Assembly (NCBI GenBank): GCA_964016885.1
Contig: OZ024756.1
Span: forward strand, 6,820,001-6,884,000
Length of the DNA: 64,000 bases
Direction of reading: 5' to 3'
DNA from: Eledone cirrhosa
Lineage: Eukaryota
Shown here piece after piece: positions 14,714 through 28,753 of this stretch; position 1 is the stretch's first letter, and each line of letters starts with the position of its first letter. The notes beneath the pieces were generated by a model. The model did not search any database. It worked only from the letters and a program-made list of their open reading frames with translations, and was not told the DNA's origin. The position numbers and the translations under genes are program-made.

Positions 14714-14780
14714 ATGGAATACTGTTAGCTTCTCGCTACAACAATTTCCATACTTTTCATTTATATATATATATATATAT

Positions 14781-16597
14781 ATAAAAGTAGCGAAACAAAC
14801 GGTTATTAAACAATTTTCTAAATAAATTAAAAAATGATTAAATAATCACCTGTTCAGATGCTGTTACCGACAGTTTCATCATTCCGAAAGATTGGAAATC
14901 CAACGAATTTCCAATGGAAAGAAATGAATCTTCAGACAGCCCTATTTCCACGCTATAAGGTATAGCAAGTAAATATTATGCTCCCTGCCCAACGCATGCG
15001 GTCAAGCCGTTAAAGTGACACACACGCAAATCAGGTCGCTGATAAAAGCTGGATATTATAAACATGTCGAATTGCCACTAAAATTAGCGGCATTATTCAA
15101 CGTTTTGTTCTCTACGTAAGGAGAATAAATTATAGAAGTGGATGGATACTTCAACAGGTACAATGTACTTGTAGAAATATTCAAGTTGTTTATAATACAT
15201 GTGGTTCAATGGCACTAATTCGAGATACCAGAACAATATAAAAGTAGCGAAACACATGGTTATTAAACAATTTTCTAAATAAATTAAAAAATGATTAAAT
15301 AATCACCTGTTCCGATGCTGTTACCGACGGTTTCATCATTCCGAAAGATTGGAAATCCAACGAATTTCCAATGGAAAGAAATGAATCTTCAGACAGCCCT
15401 ATTTCCACGCTATAAGGTATAGCAAGTAAATATTATGCTCCCTGCCCAACGCATGCGGTCAAGCCGTTAAAGTGACACACACGCAAATCAGGTCGCTGAT
15501 AAAAGCTGGATATTATAAACATGTCGAATTGCCACTAAAATTAGCGGCATTTTCAACGTTTTGTTCTCTACGTAAGGAGAATAAATTATAGAAGTGGATG
15601 GATACTTCAACAGGTACAATGTACTTGTAGAAATATTCAAGTTGTTTATAATACATGTGGTTCAATGGCACTAATTCGAGATACCAGAACAATATAAAAG
15701 TAGCGAAACAAACGGTTATTAAACAATTTTCTAAATAAATTAAAAAATGATTAAATAATCACCTGTTCAGATGCTGTTACCGACGGTTTCATCATTCCGA
15801 AAGATTGGAAATCCAACGAATTTCCAATGGAAAGAAATGAATCTTCAGACAGCCCTATTTCCACGCTATAAGGTATAGCAAGTAAATATTATGCTCCCTG
15901 CCCAACGCATGCGGTCAAGCCGTTAAAGTGACACACACGCAAATCAGGTCGCTGATAAAAGCTGGATATTATAAACATGTCGAATTGCCACTAACATTAG
16001 CGGCATTATTCAACGTTTTGTTCTCTACGTAAGGAGAATAAATTATAGAAGTGGATGGATACTTCAACAGGTACAATGTACTTGTAGAAATATTCAAGTT
16101 GTTTATAATACATGTGGTTCAATGGCACTAATTCGAGATACCAGAACAATATAAAAGTAGCGAAACAAACGGTTATTAAACAATTTTCTAAATAAATTAA
16201 AAAATGATTAAATAATCACCTGTTCAGATGCTGTTACCGACGGTTTCATCATTCCGAAAGATTGGAAATCCAACGAATTTCCAATGGAAAGAAATGAATC
16301 TTCAGACAGCCCTATTTCCACGCTATAAGGTATAGCAAGTAAATATTATGCTCCCTGCCCAACGCATGCGGTCAAGCCGTTAAAGTGACACACACGCAAA
16401 TCAGGTCGCTGATAAAAGCTGGATATTATAAACATGTCGAATTGCCACTAAAATTAGCGGCATTATTCAACGTTTTGTTCTCTACGTAAGGAGAATAAAT
16501 TATAGAAGTGGATGGATACTTCAACAGGTACAATGTACTTGTAGAAATATTCAAGTTGTTTATAATACATGTGGTTCAATGGCACTAATTCGAGATA

Positions 16598-16600
<3 letters not shown>
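14781..16600 (-). repeat. Tandem array of 4 x 457-bp units, each with a hammerhead motif (retrozyme-like)
   Basis: Unit periods 457/456/457, near-identical, flanked by (TA)n. Confidence 0.95.
14860..14940 (-). ncRNA. Type I hammerhead ribozyme (copies at 15317-15397, 15773-15853, 16230-16310)
   Basis: gctgt CTGAAGA t-tcatttc..attggaaat-loop-atttccaat..ggaatga-t GAAAC cgtcg GTA acagc. Confidence 0.78.
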
Positions 16601-16682
<82 letters not shown>

Positions 16683-16759
16683 TATATATATATACATATT
16701 TGAGATCTAGTTGTCGAAACGGTCAGGGCTCAACCGTGGGTGTCCTGACTATTTTCCAT

Positions 16760-16792
<33 letters not shown>

Positions 16793-16806
16793 ATGGGTGT
16801 GAGTGT

Positions 16807-16849
<43 letters not shown>

Positions 16850-17014
16850 TGTATGTGTCTGTGTGTGTAGGTGTGTAGGTGTAGTGTGTAGGATATACTT
16901 GTAAGTACCAGAGAAGAAGAAAAGAACCAGCTTGGCTTTTATGTAGGTAACTTTTACGAAGGACAACAATGAAGTCGACTGGATGACTACATGATTACTT
17001 CTTCTTCTACGTCG

Positions 17015-17530
17015 TCTTCTTCTTCTTCTTCTTCTTCTTCTTCTTCTTCTTCTTCTTCTTCTTCTTCTTCTTCTTCTTCTTCTTCTTCTTCTTCTTCTTC
17101 TTCTTCTTCTTCTTCTTCTTCTTCTTCTTCTTCTTCTTCTTCTTCTTCTTCTTCTTCTTCTTCTTCTTCGCCCACTTATTCCTGAGAGGATCCTGGGGCA
17201 AAGTCTTCAAACATTCCTTCCAGTGGGTCGTGTCCAAAGCAACCGTCTCCAACTTATCCGGCTGGATCCCCAAGCGAGACCAGCCAAGCAGATGGATGTT
17301 ATCCAACTATCTTGCTCAGGATATACTCCTCAGTCTCCTGCCAGGTCATAAAACCTGTCCCGCGATTCTTTCCTGAGACATCCTAACCACATGACCATAG
17401 TATCGGCGTTGTGATCTCTCAATTCAGAGAAGTATCTGCTCTACCTGGAGTGACTCTCTCATCTCCTAGTTAGGTACTTTATCGAGTAACGTTACTCCAA
17501 AGGCCCTTCGAAGGGACCCCATTCTCATCA
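17015..17530 (-). mobile_element. RTE-clade LINE 3' fragment ending in a (GAA)n tract (17015-17168)
   Basis: Minus strand LRRAFGVTLLDKVPN*EMRE...RRYYGHVVRM; second small fragment at about 17755-17840. Confidence 0.7.
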
Positions 17531-18337
17531 TCATCATCATTCGTCGACTACTGTCGAGATGATGGATCTCACTCTCATGCCCCAGAATTCCCTGTCCCCC
17601 ATCGCCGCTCCCAGGTCCTGTCTACTGATTCCCGTATCCCTAGAGATAACGTCAGGGAATGACAGCTTCCTACTCCTAGTCAGGCTGGATTCAGGGTTCC
17701 AGAGCAAGAGAGCGGATATGATTTCATTGCTGACCCCATTCTAACAATATGCCCATAGAATCGGAGCTGTGATCTTTCAATTCGGAGAGGTGGCCGCTGT
17801 ACCTGGAGTGACTCTACGAGCTACGCACTCTATCGAGTAAGTGATAATTTATTTTACCCAATAGGAAGGAGTCAAACCAGGCGAGAGTTTGTCTCAGAAG
17901 AAACGCGGAGTAAGATGGTAAATACAGATCCGTGTGTGCTACAAACTTGTCGGTAGTATCTGTTTAGTCCACCAGTCATACATACACATTCAACATGAAA
18001 TGTTTATCATGGGAATATGAAAACAAAGCGAGAGTGAGGTTTATCCCATTCAGTCTATATTTGTGGCTAAGATCCTCAATAATAAAATATTAAATGTTAG
18101 AAGCAATACGTTCTAAATATTCTGCAAGAAAATTGCTTTCTATTCAAGCTACTACGAGATCTCGTCTATTCAACATCATGGGAAAATACGAAAGAGAAAA
18201 CTTTCAATAATTTCAAAAGACTTTCCCTATCATAATAATGTAAACTACCTCCTGTATGAATTAAGATAAAAAGGTGATGTGGTTTATATATATGTTTCTT
18301 TAATATGATGGAGAATAGATTTAATGATCTGACATTA

Positions 18338-18368
<31 letters not shown>

Positions 18369-18892
18369 GGGAGAGAGAGAGAGAGGGGGAGAGAGAGAGA
18401 GACAGGGAGAGAGAGAGAACGGCTACAGAAATCCTTGGATATGACTCTACTCTGCAGAGTTGCCTTAAAGCACAGATTTGATGGCTGAAGATAATTTACA
18501 GAACGACGAGAGATGACATTCTAAACTCTAAGGAAAAAAGCCGAGCATAAGAATTTGAAAGACTGTTGCGGCGGGCAAGGACGAGAAAAGTTTACAAAGA
18601 AGATCAATTGAAAAGATGGCGAGTTTGGGGAATTTTTTTGAAGTTGGAATCGACGTACAAGTGCACAGAATAATATCAACAACAACAACAACAATAACAA
18701 TAATAATAATAAAATAATGATGATAATAACAACATCGCTAACAACAACGGCAAAAAAAATTTTAAATTAATAATAATAATAATAATAAATATAATAATAA
18801 TAATAATAATAATGATTTCTTTATTTATTCATTATTTATTTATTCATTTATTCTTTATTATTTATTTATTTATTCATTATTTATTCTTTATT

Positions 18893-18943
<51 letters not shown>

Positions 18944-18944
<1 letters not shown>

Positions 18945-20533
18945 GCGTGAAGATCAAGAGAGGTATCTTCCAGGGAGATAGCCTGTCCCCTCTGTTGTTT
19001 GTCCTTGCCCTGATGCCCTTGACCATTATGCTGCGAAAAGTGAGAGCAGGATACAAGTTGGGAAGGGGAGAGCTTACCATCAATCACCTCCTCTTCATGG
19101 ACGATCTTAAGCTCTTCGGGAAAAGTGAGAAGGAGTTGGATGTGCTTGTTGACACTGTCCGTATTTTCAGCAGTGATATATGTATGCAGTTTGGTATTGG
19201 TAAATGTGGAGTCATTGTGATGAGGAGGGGTAGGTTGAGCAGAAGTAACGGGATCCAGATACCAACAGGTGAGATGATAAAGGAAATTGACTCTGAGGAA
19301 GGATACAAGTATTTGGGCGTTCTGGAGGCTGATGGCATAAAGAACAAAAAAATGAAGGAATTGTTAAGAACTGAATACATTCGGAGAGTAAGGAGCGTAT
19401 TGAAGTCACATCTGAACAGCAGAAATGCCATAAGCGCAGTAAATTCCCGAGCTGTGTCTATTATTAGGTACAGTGCGGGAATTCTGAGATGGAATGTTGC
19501 TGAACAAAAAGAAATGGATAGGAAGACTAGGAAGCTATTGACTATCTACAACATGTTCCACAAGAGGAGTGATGTCGATAGACTCTACCTAAGGAGATCT
19601 GAGGGTGGAAGAGGTCTTATCAGCATAGAGGACTGTGTTCAGATGGAGAAAAACAACCTATACAAATACGTGACCTATAGTAAGGAGCCAATGCTCAGAG
19701 CTGTACTGAAGGAGGGGACAGTAGGCCAGGGGATACCCAAGGAGGAAATAACATCAAGGAGGAAGAGCAGCCTTAAGGGAAAATCCCTTCATAGTACCTT
19801 CTTTGAGAAAACTGAATTTAGAGATCCACAGACATGGAACTGGTTGAGAAGAGGAGACCTCAAAAAGGCTACAGAAGGAATGCTAATGGCTGCGCAGGAG
19901 CAGGCCCTCAAAACGAAGTGGTTGAAGCACCATATCTACAAGGAGGAGGCTAGCCCACTGTGCAGGATCTGTGGAGAGAGAGAGGAGACTGTGGCTCACA
20001 TTGTGTCCGAGTGTAAACACCTAGCCCAGACCCACTATAAGGGCTGGAGACACGATGTGATGGGCAGGGTGATCCACTGGCACCTGTGCAAAGTAAACAA
20101 CCTACCACATTCTGAGAAATGGTATGAGCATAGGCCAGAGGCGGTGATGGAGAACAATCAGGTGAAGGTGCTGTGGGATTTTAGGATACAGACGGACAAA
20201 AAACTGGAACACAATAGACCTGACCTGGTGGTTGTGGACAAAGAAAAAAGATCGTGCCTGATTGTGGATGTGGCCTGCCCGTTCGACACGAGAGTGCAAG
20301 AGAAGGAGAGGGAGAAAATTAACCGATACCAGGACCTAAAGTGGGAGGTGAAAAGGATTTGGAACTGCCATGAAGTCAAAGTGATCCCGATTGTCATAGG
20401 CGCACTGGGGACTATCTCCAAAGGTTTCCAGGGATGGTTAAAGAAAATCGGCCCCTTCACGCTTTTTGGAACGCTTCAAAAGGCATGCTTGCTTGGAACG
20501 GCAAGAACCCTCCGATACGTCCTGAATATCTGA
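18944..20533 (+). CDS. Partial RT, zinc finger and restriction-like endonuclease ORF (no native start)
   Basis: RGIFQGDSLSP, LLFMDDLKL, YKYLG, CRICGEREETVAHIVSEC, RHD, RPDLVVVD..IVDV, KINRYQDL; uninterrupted frame. Confidence 0.9.
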
Positions 20534-20612
20534 GGCTGCAGGTAGTGGCTTGATATTCAATCCAACGGACTTTCCAGTTAACCAACATCAATGACTGAGA
20601 TTCAAGGAATAA
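18944..20612 (+). mobile_element. 5'-truncated R4/Dong-clade non-LTR retrotransposon inserted in (TAA)n
   Basis: Sharp composition change; (AAT)n on both sides; RT + CCHC + RLE ORF. Confidence 0.92.
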
Positions 20613-20619
20613 CAATAAC

Positions 20620-20651
<32 letters not shown>

Positions 20652-20930
20652 TAATAATAATAATCATCATCATCATCACCATGATCGTCATAATGATTAA
20701 TCATCACATCACGCATGATTTTATCGATTGGGTCAACGTGGTTAAAGGTAAAAACAGGTGTGTTTGACAAGACATAAGGCATGCTTTAGATGTTGGCGTC
20801 ATCCCCGAATCTGTATTCTTCAATATACTTTATATGTTTATGTTTTTTCTTTGATTTAGTTGAAGGCTCTTACATTTGAATCACTATCCCTGTGTCTATC
20901 TGTCTATCTATCTATCTATCTTTCTATCTT

Positions 20931-20973
<43 letters not shown>

Positions 20974-21199
20974 TTCTAGCTATCTATGTGTCTTTCTGTC
21001 TGCCTATCTATCTATCTATCTATCTGCATATGGATCGATCTATCTGAGTCTCAACTGATCTGTCGATCAATCTATTTATTCATTTATTCATTTATCAACC
21101 TATGAGTCCATCCACTTATCTGTCTGTCTATTCATATATCCATATTCCATTCTAGCCTATATACTTACCTACCTACCTATCAATCTGACAATCTATTCA

Positions 21200-21253
<54 letters not shown>

Positions 21254-21282
21254 TCACTCACTCTCTCTCTCTCTGTATGCAT

Positions 21283-21348
<66 letters not shown>

Positions 21349-21733
21349 GGAGGAAGTTATAGTTCACTTGAAGCGTTGTGTAATGAGGTATAAACGTTTG
21401 TATTTGTAAAGCCAAACAATGCAGGTATGGACATAGAATATAAATGCAAATGCAAAAGATATTGTTGACAATTAGTCTTTTACCTTAAATTTATTTAAAT
21501 GTCCTTAATTTTCGAGATAATATCTCTTCTTCGTTCTAAATAGCTTGACTTGGCAAGCTATTTAGAACCCTGGTTTAACCGTTTTACTTCCCTCCGAAGA
21601 AGAGATATTATCTCGAAAATTAAGGATATTTAAATAAATTTAAGATAAAAGACTAATTGTCAACAATATCTTTTGCATTTGCATTTATATTCTATGTCCA
21701 TACCTGCATTGTTTTGGCTTTACAAATACAAAC

Positions 21734-21740
<7 letters not shown>
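21349..21740. mobile_element. Palindromic element (arms 21389-21532/21595-21740) with nested hairpin 21533-21568
   Basis: Inverted arms; ccgaagaagagat-att-atctcgaaa hammerhead-like remnant. Confidence 0.7.
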
Positions 21741-21806
<66 letters not shown>

Positions 21807-21875
21807 TTGGAGATTAAACTCATAGTCGTTTACAATTAATCAGCTCAAAGAAAGAGGCATTTCTGAGCAGTGAAA

Positions 21876-22509
21876 TACAAGCTATATATTAATATATATG
21901 ATAAACACAAACATGTTTGTATTGTAACAGACAAAGTTAGCTAGCATGTACCGGATTGAATGTAGCAAATGTAAGGAGTTCTATATTGGTAGCCGGATCC
22001 GACCATTCCACACACTTATTAAAGAAAACTAATTAAAGTGAATACAATTTGTCTGTCTCGATATAAATCAATAAAGACAAGCTTATATTGGCAAAAGCCG
22101 TGATTCCTGGACAAATTTTAATTTCAAAATCCAAACCCGCTCCGTAGATGAATTTGAACTTCGAAACCCAAATATGTTTCGCAACGATGGTACATGAATT
22201 GAAAAATAAAGAGAATCGAAATGAAATTGAATATTTCACTTTTTATTTCAATTTCATTTCGATTCTCTTTATTTTTCAATTCATGTACCATCGTTGCGAA
22301 ACATATTTGGGTTTCGAAGTTCAAATTCATCTACGGAGCGGGTTTGGATTTTGAAATTTAAATTTGTCCAGGAATTACGGCTTTTGCCAATATAAGCTTG
22401 TCTTTATTGATTTATATCGAGACAGACAAATTGTATTCACTTTAATTAGTTTATTTCATGCTAGCTAACTTTGTCTGTTACAATACAAACATGTTTGTGT
22501 TTATCATAT
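21876..22509. mobile_element. Palindromic element (centre about 22239) with an 83-bp foreign insert in the left arm
   Basis: Near-perfect inverted arms; explains the mirror ORFs 22124 (-) and 22148 (+). Confidence 0.85.
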
Positions 22510-22532
22510 ATATTAATATATAGCTTGTATAT

Positions 22533-23230
22533 ATATATAGGAAAGCCGCAAGCAGAGACCCGTTTGTGCATTATATATCAGCACTTCCCCTTGGTGCTAA
22601 AACCGGATAGATAAGAAATGAACTTACGAGTATCCGAAATAAATGTAGCAAGACAGAGGACCAGATTACTCACACTGCACACTTCATAGATGTACTGAAG
22701 ACAAACAGATGCCCAACATTTACTGTGAATTGTCTTAAGAATCGAAGGCACCGTAGCGCAAGACCTCCTCTAACACCTGCTTCCTGAAATTACCACTCTT
22801 CAGCGAAGCCATAACCACAGCTCTCCGCAGAGCCGTCCGCAACTAAGAACTGGACATACCATTAGCACACTCCGGCCCTTCACTCTGTGGATACCTATCT
22901 AAAACCTAATCTAGAGACAACAACAACCAATGCTCGCTGACTAACTGCCCTATTCGCGATACAGGTATGTGCAAGTGGACACATGTAGTGTACCGGATTG
23001 AATGTAGCAAATGTAAGGAGTTCTATATTGGTAGCCGGATCCGACCATTCCACACACTTATTAAAGAAAACAAATACACCTTTATTCAAAAAACACATTA
23101 TCAAATGCAGAAACACCAACAAGATTTAACTGTCAATATTGAAGCCAGAGAGAGAAATGTGGGCATTTTAAGAATTAAGGAAGTCTTGCTAAAACATAGA
23201 CTCAACCCACAAAAAATAATAGATTAGAAC
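22533..23230 (+). pseudogene. Degenerate Penelope-like ORF 3' part (RT thumb to GIY-YIG)
   Basis: IYRKAASRDPFVHYISALP (YRK..D..H..S..P motif); VVYRIECSKCKEFYIG; LRIKEVLL..RLNP. Confidence 0.8.
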
Positions 23231-23322
23231 CCAGCACACAATACTTAACTAAAAAAAGACACACGCACGCACATAACCTAAACAACATCTCATGCAAAAG
23301 AAATATGATTCCATGAAATAAT

Positions 23323-23447
23323 TGTTTTTACTTTTGGCACAAGGTCAGCAATAACCCAGTTCATTACTGGTACTTTACTTTATCGCCCCCGTAAGGATGA
23401 AAGGCAAAGTTAACCTCGGCGGGATTTGAACTCAGATTTGAACTCTA
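23323..23447 (-). mobile_element. 5'-truncated SINE (family A) with 18-bp TSD; further fragment at 23598-23738 (+)
   Basis: TSD atgattccatgaaataat at 23305 and 23449. Confidence 0.82.
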
Positions 23448-23734
23448 AATGATTCCATGAAATAATACATCGGCAATTGACGTCATTCTCGTGAATACCG
23501 AAATAACCAACAAAAAGCGCTTGAAAACGGTTTAAGAAATTTAAATCTAAATCAAATCCCAAAGAGAAGATACCGGAGCATTATATATATATATATAATG
23601 CATAGTTACGCCCCTTTACGATCTGAGTTCAAATCCCGCCGAGGTTGACTTTGCCTTTCATCCTTACGGGGTCGATAAAATAAAGTACCAGTAATGCACT
23701 GGGTAATTGCTGGCCTTTGGCCTGATGTAGAAAC

Positions 23735-23768
<34 letters not shown>

Positions 23769-23967
23769 TCAAGGTTTAGCAAATAGGAAAAAGTTTTTAA
23801 ATAAATTTTAAAAAATTCGCTTATTTTGAAACTTTTTCTTATTTGCTAAACCTTGATTATATATGTTCTGGCTCATTAATTTATTAACCTGCCATTGAAC
23901 CACATTAGCATATGGTTGGACAATACATGTGGCCCTAGACGCTTTTTGCGTGTAGGATTATATACTT

Positions 23968-24011
<44 letters not shown>

Positions 24012-24016
<5 letters not shown>

Positions 24017-24086
24017 TATAAGTATGTATACGTAAATACATATATGTATGCAGACGTACAGTAGTATGTATATATATAAATACATG

Positions 24087-24143
<57 letters not shown>

Positions 24144-24571
24144 GTATGGATTTACCGAACATTTATTATAATCTTCGATTTGTTTGTAAACAAACATCCC
24201 GAATTAAGCTGTATACATATATGTATGTATGTATACATACTTATATTTAAGTAACAGCCGTACTAAGATTGAGAAATGAAATTTCTTTTCATTTTTTCCA
24301 TTTATCGTTTTGGTGCGCCCGGCCGATTAACTCACTCGATATGCAAATTAGGCTGCTCAGCCGTTAATATGCATAAGGAAAGTATATACTTTCATCTAGC
24401 AGGAAGGTATACGGTGCTGACGATAGCTAATAAGCTTGAAACTAGTACACTGTTCCTTTGTCAGTGTTGAACAAGTGAGCAACGATGGTTGCTAAAGACT
24501 GTACGGCCTAATTCGGGATGTTTGTTTACAAACAATCCGAGCATTATAATAAATGTTCGGTAAATCTCTTC

Positions 24572-24632
<61 letters not shown>

Positions 24633-24762
24633 CATGTATGTATATATATACATACTACAGTACGTCTGTATAAATATATGTATGTACGTATACATACTTA
24701 TAGTTAAGTAACAGCCGTGCTAAGAGTGAGAAATGAAATTTCGTTTCATTTTTTCCATTTAT
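24012..24762 (+). mobile_element. PLE-like unit combining inverted (24012-24207/24509-24701) and direct (about 457-bp period) repeats
   Basis: gtaacagccgt at 24251 and 24708; internal hammerhead. Confidence 0.75.
24411..24453 (+). ncRNA. Minimal type I hammerhead ribozyme
   Basis: acggtg CTGACGA t-agct-aata-agct-t GAAAC ta GTA cactgt. Confidence 0.82.
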
Positions 24763-24866
24763 ATATATATATATTTCTATTCCGATGATTTGATCAGAGA
24801 CACTCACTGTATTTAAGGTCGAGTGACGCAACTTCGAGTGACTAGCGGCCTTTAGACTCACCTGAT

Positions 24867-25081
24867 CATATAGGTTAGTTTTATAAATAAATATTGACAT
24901 ATCCAGGAGATTCCAACCAGAATGGTTGCATTTTTTCAGGGAATGTCAATATTTATTTATAAAACTAACCTATATTATATTTTATCTGATGAAAGCGCAC
25001 CATAATTTGCCTTGGTGGCCCTTGAAATATGAATAATGAAATAAATATAGTTTTCTAAATATAGTTTCCATTTGTTATTAT

Positions 25082-25086
<5 letters not shown>
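24867..25086 (+). mobile_element. Family G element with short hairpin and hammerhead (about 24978-25045)
   Basis: tattttat CTGATGA aagcgcacc...ccctt GAAA. Confidence 0.78.
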
Positions 25087-25178
<92 letters not shown>

Positions 25179-25384
25179 TGGAAATGTTATTATCCGGTGA
25201 AACATACAGAAAAAGAAAACAATATTGGAAAGGAATATAAATGCCATAAATGAGAGGAAAAGAAGGGAAAGACAAGTAGTATTAGACAACGGAATACAGT
25301 GACTAACTCTAGACCTACAACGGTGTTTCAACAGCTACCCACCCTCGTTGACGAAATGGCAACACCACATGAGAATAGGGAAAT

Positions 25385-26155
25385 ATACACTGCAAGCGAA
25401 TATATCTTCTACAAGGCAATATATCTTCTAGCAATTAATATATCTTATAACAGTGAATATATCTTCTACCAATCGCTATATATTCTACCGATCGATATAT
25501 CTTCTACCAGGGAATATATCTTCTACCAGTGAATATATTTTCTGCCAGTCAATATATCTTCTACCAGTCAATACATCTTCTGCCAGTGAATATATCTTCT
25601 GCCAGTCAATATATCTTCTACCAGCGAATATATCTTCTGCCAGTGAATATATCTTCTGCCAGTCAATGTATCTTCTACCAGTGCATATATCTTCTACCAG
25701 TCAATATATCTTCTACCAGTGAATATATCTTCTGCCAGTCAATATATCTTCTACCAGTCAATATATCTTCTACCAATCAATATATATTTGTACCAGTGAA
25801 TATATCTTCTGTCAGTCAATATATCTTCTACCAGTCAATATATCTTCTACCAATCAATATATCTTTGTACCAGTGAATATATCTTCTGCCAGTCAATATA
25901 TCTTCTACCAGTCAATATATCTTCTACCAATCAATATATCTTTGTACCAGTGAATATATCTTCTGTCAGTCAATATATCTTCTACTAATCAATATATTTT
26001 CTGCCAGTCAATATATCTTCTACCAGGGAATATATCTTCGCCCGGTGAATATAACTTCTACCAGTGAATATAACTTCTACCAGTGAATATATCTTCTACC
26101 AGTTAATATATCTTCTACCAGGGAATATATCTTCTACTGATCGATATCTTCTAAC
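25385..26155. repeat. About 20-bp minisatellite (aatatatcttctaccagtc/g)
   Basis: Direct inspection. Confidence 0.93.
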
Positions 26156-26299
26156 AGGCCATATATAATGTGGTATGTTATAGTACAGAAGTGAGTATGA
26201 CTAAGTGTATTACAGATATAGTCTTACTGTATGTACTACATAATAATTAAGATGGTAAAGATAGAGACAATGGAGATGTCTATGATGTTGCTGATGGCG

Positions 26300-28250
26300 T
26301 CCATTGTCATTATAGTAATCATCATCATCATCGTTATTATCATTTTCCGTCTCCTCGTCATCACCATCATTATCTTCCCTTACTCGTTATTATCAGCATC
26401 ATTATCCTCTCTTTCTTCCTCACCTTTACCAATTCTACCACCATCACCTCCCGCTCCTCCTTATCATCTCCGCCACCACCATCACTCAACTCCCATCTCA
26501 TCACCCTCCTCACCCTCCTCCCCATCATCATCATGACCGTCATCCCCCTTCCTCCTCATCATCATCCTTGTCATCGTCATCATCATCATCATCATCATCA
26601 CAATCAACATCATTATCCTCTCTCTCTCTCTCCCCCCTTTCTTCACCTTTACCACTTCCACCACCACCACCTCATCATCTTCATCTTCACCACCGCCATC
26701 GCCCACCTCCTTCTCATCCCCCTCCACCTACTCCCTATCATCATCATCGTTCGCCCCCCCCCCCCCCCACCTCGCCCCCCCCCATCACCATGCTGCTATT
26801 GTCAATAATGTTAAAGGATCTGAATTACATTAATAGAAACAACTATTACGGGTGTAGAAGGTGGGTCAGGGGGTGGGGGTGGAGAGGGGGGTCAGGTGGG
26901 GGGGGGGGGTACGTGCGGAGAGTTGAGGAGGGGGGTGTAAGGTGGTAAAGGAGGGGAAACGTGGGGGAATGTGGTGTAATGTGGGGGAAAGGTGGGGAAG
27001 GTGCGATGGGAAGGGTGGAGCATGTTGGGAGAGAGTGGGGGGGAAGGTGACGGAGGTGGGATGGGGAGGGGGAGCAGGGGAGGAGAGAGTGGGGTAAGGT
27101 GGTGGAGGTGGGGGAGTTGGGATGAGGAGGGTGGAGCAGTGTAGGAGAGAGTGTGGTAAGATGGTGGAAGTGGGGGTGGTGTTGTGAGGTGGGGCATGTG
27201 GGATGGGGAGGGTGGAGCAGGGTGGGAGAGAGTGTGGTAAGATGGTGGAAGTGGGGGAGGTGGATAATTCAACAAAGGGAGTGGAGTAAGGTAGTGGCGG
27301 TGGGGGAGGTGTTGTGAGGTGGGGCAGGTGGGATAGGGAGGGTGGGATAGGGAGGGTGGAGTAAGGTGGGGGAGGCGTTGTGAGGTGCGGCAGGTGGGAT
27401 AGGGAGGGTGGAGTAAGGTGGTGGCGGTGGGGGAGGTGTTGTGAGGTGGGGCAGGTGGGATAGGGAGGGTGGAGTAAGGTGGTGGCGGTGGGGTAGGTGT
27501 TGTGAGGTGTGGAAGGTGGGATGTTGAGAATGGAAGCAGGATACACCTGGATAATTCAACAAAGAGAATCTAAAGGTAGATAAACCTGCAAATATCTTCA
27601 CATCACACAGGTAAATATGTACAGAGTGCACGTGTCTGTGTGAATACCTCTTTATTTCTCAATCCCACTCTCTCTCGTCACATCTTATATATCTTTCCTT
27701 TACCTCTCTCTCACCCACTCTCTCATACATACCCTCTCCTCCTCCTTCCACTCTTTCCCTCACACTTCCACCACTCTCACGGTATTCTCCTTGTTCCTCT
27801 CTCTCTCTCTATTGCACCCTTCACCCGCCTCTATCTCTTACACCCTTCACCCCCCTCTCTCTCATACACATAATCTTCTCCTACTCCTTCCTCTCTATCT
27901 CTGTTCCTCACACTTCCACCAGTATTCTCTTTCTTTTTCTCTCTCTCTCTTACACCATTCCCCCTCTCTCTCTTTCTTTTTACTCTTCTATTTATTTCCC
28001 TTTCCCTCTTACTATTCTCTTTCTTTCTCTCTCACACCTTACCCTCTCTTTCTCTCTCTTTCTATCTTCCTCTTCACTTCCTTCCGCTTCACTTTCTTCC
28101 CCTTTCTCTCTCACACCTTCCCCCTCTCTCTTTCTCTTTCACACCTCTCCCTCTCTCTTTCTGTCTCACACCCTTCGCCCTCTTTCTTTCTCTTCCTCTC
28201 TCTCATTCTCCCCTTCCTCTCCCTCCCCAAAACACCCACCCCACCCTCTC
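26300..28250. repeat. Low-complexity block: (CAT/CCT)n, G-rich roughly 60-bp tandem repeats (27050-27520), CT-rich tract
   Basis: Direct inspection. Confidence 0.85.
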
Positions 28251-28651
28251 CCTGTTATAAATTATTTAGACATTATAGCCCAGCCATGTTTGTTGTATAT
28301 ATCTGATATCAGTTGCTAGTGTTCCGGTTTTGTTATGTCCTTCATAAATATCTCCATATGGATATTTCCTTTCATCTTTCACATCTTCAAAGGAAATGAT
28401 AAAAGAAAAAAGTGATTCTTATAATTACGTGAATGTGAAACATATATACACACACAGATGGGAAAATTAAACAAAATACACACACACTAACACACAGACA
28501 CACACACACACACACAGACACACACACACACAAACACAAACACACACACATACCTACACACACGCAATCATACATATCTCTGTGTATATGTGTTTCCATC
28601 TGTGTGTGTGTGTGAGTGTATGTATGTACGTTTGTATTGAAATTTTAAATA

Positions 28652-28753
<102 letters not shown>

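Noticed and set aside
18812-18943. N-terminal extension of the 573-aa ORF
   Set aside because: Read-through of (TTTA)/(AAT) repeats upstream of the truncation point
22124-22354. Identical ORFs on both strands
   Set aside because: A consequence of the palindrome, not genes
25385-26155. Repetitive ORFs and CRISPR-like array
   Set aside because: 20-bp minisatellite without spacers
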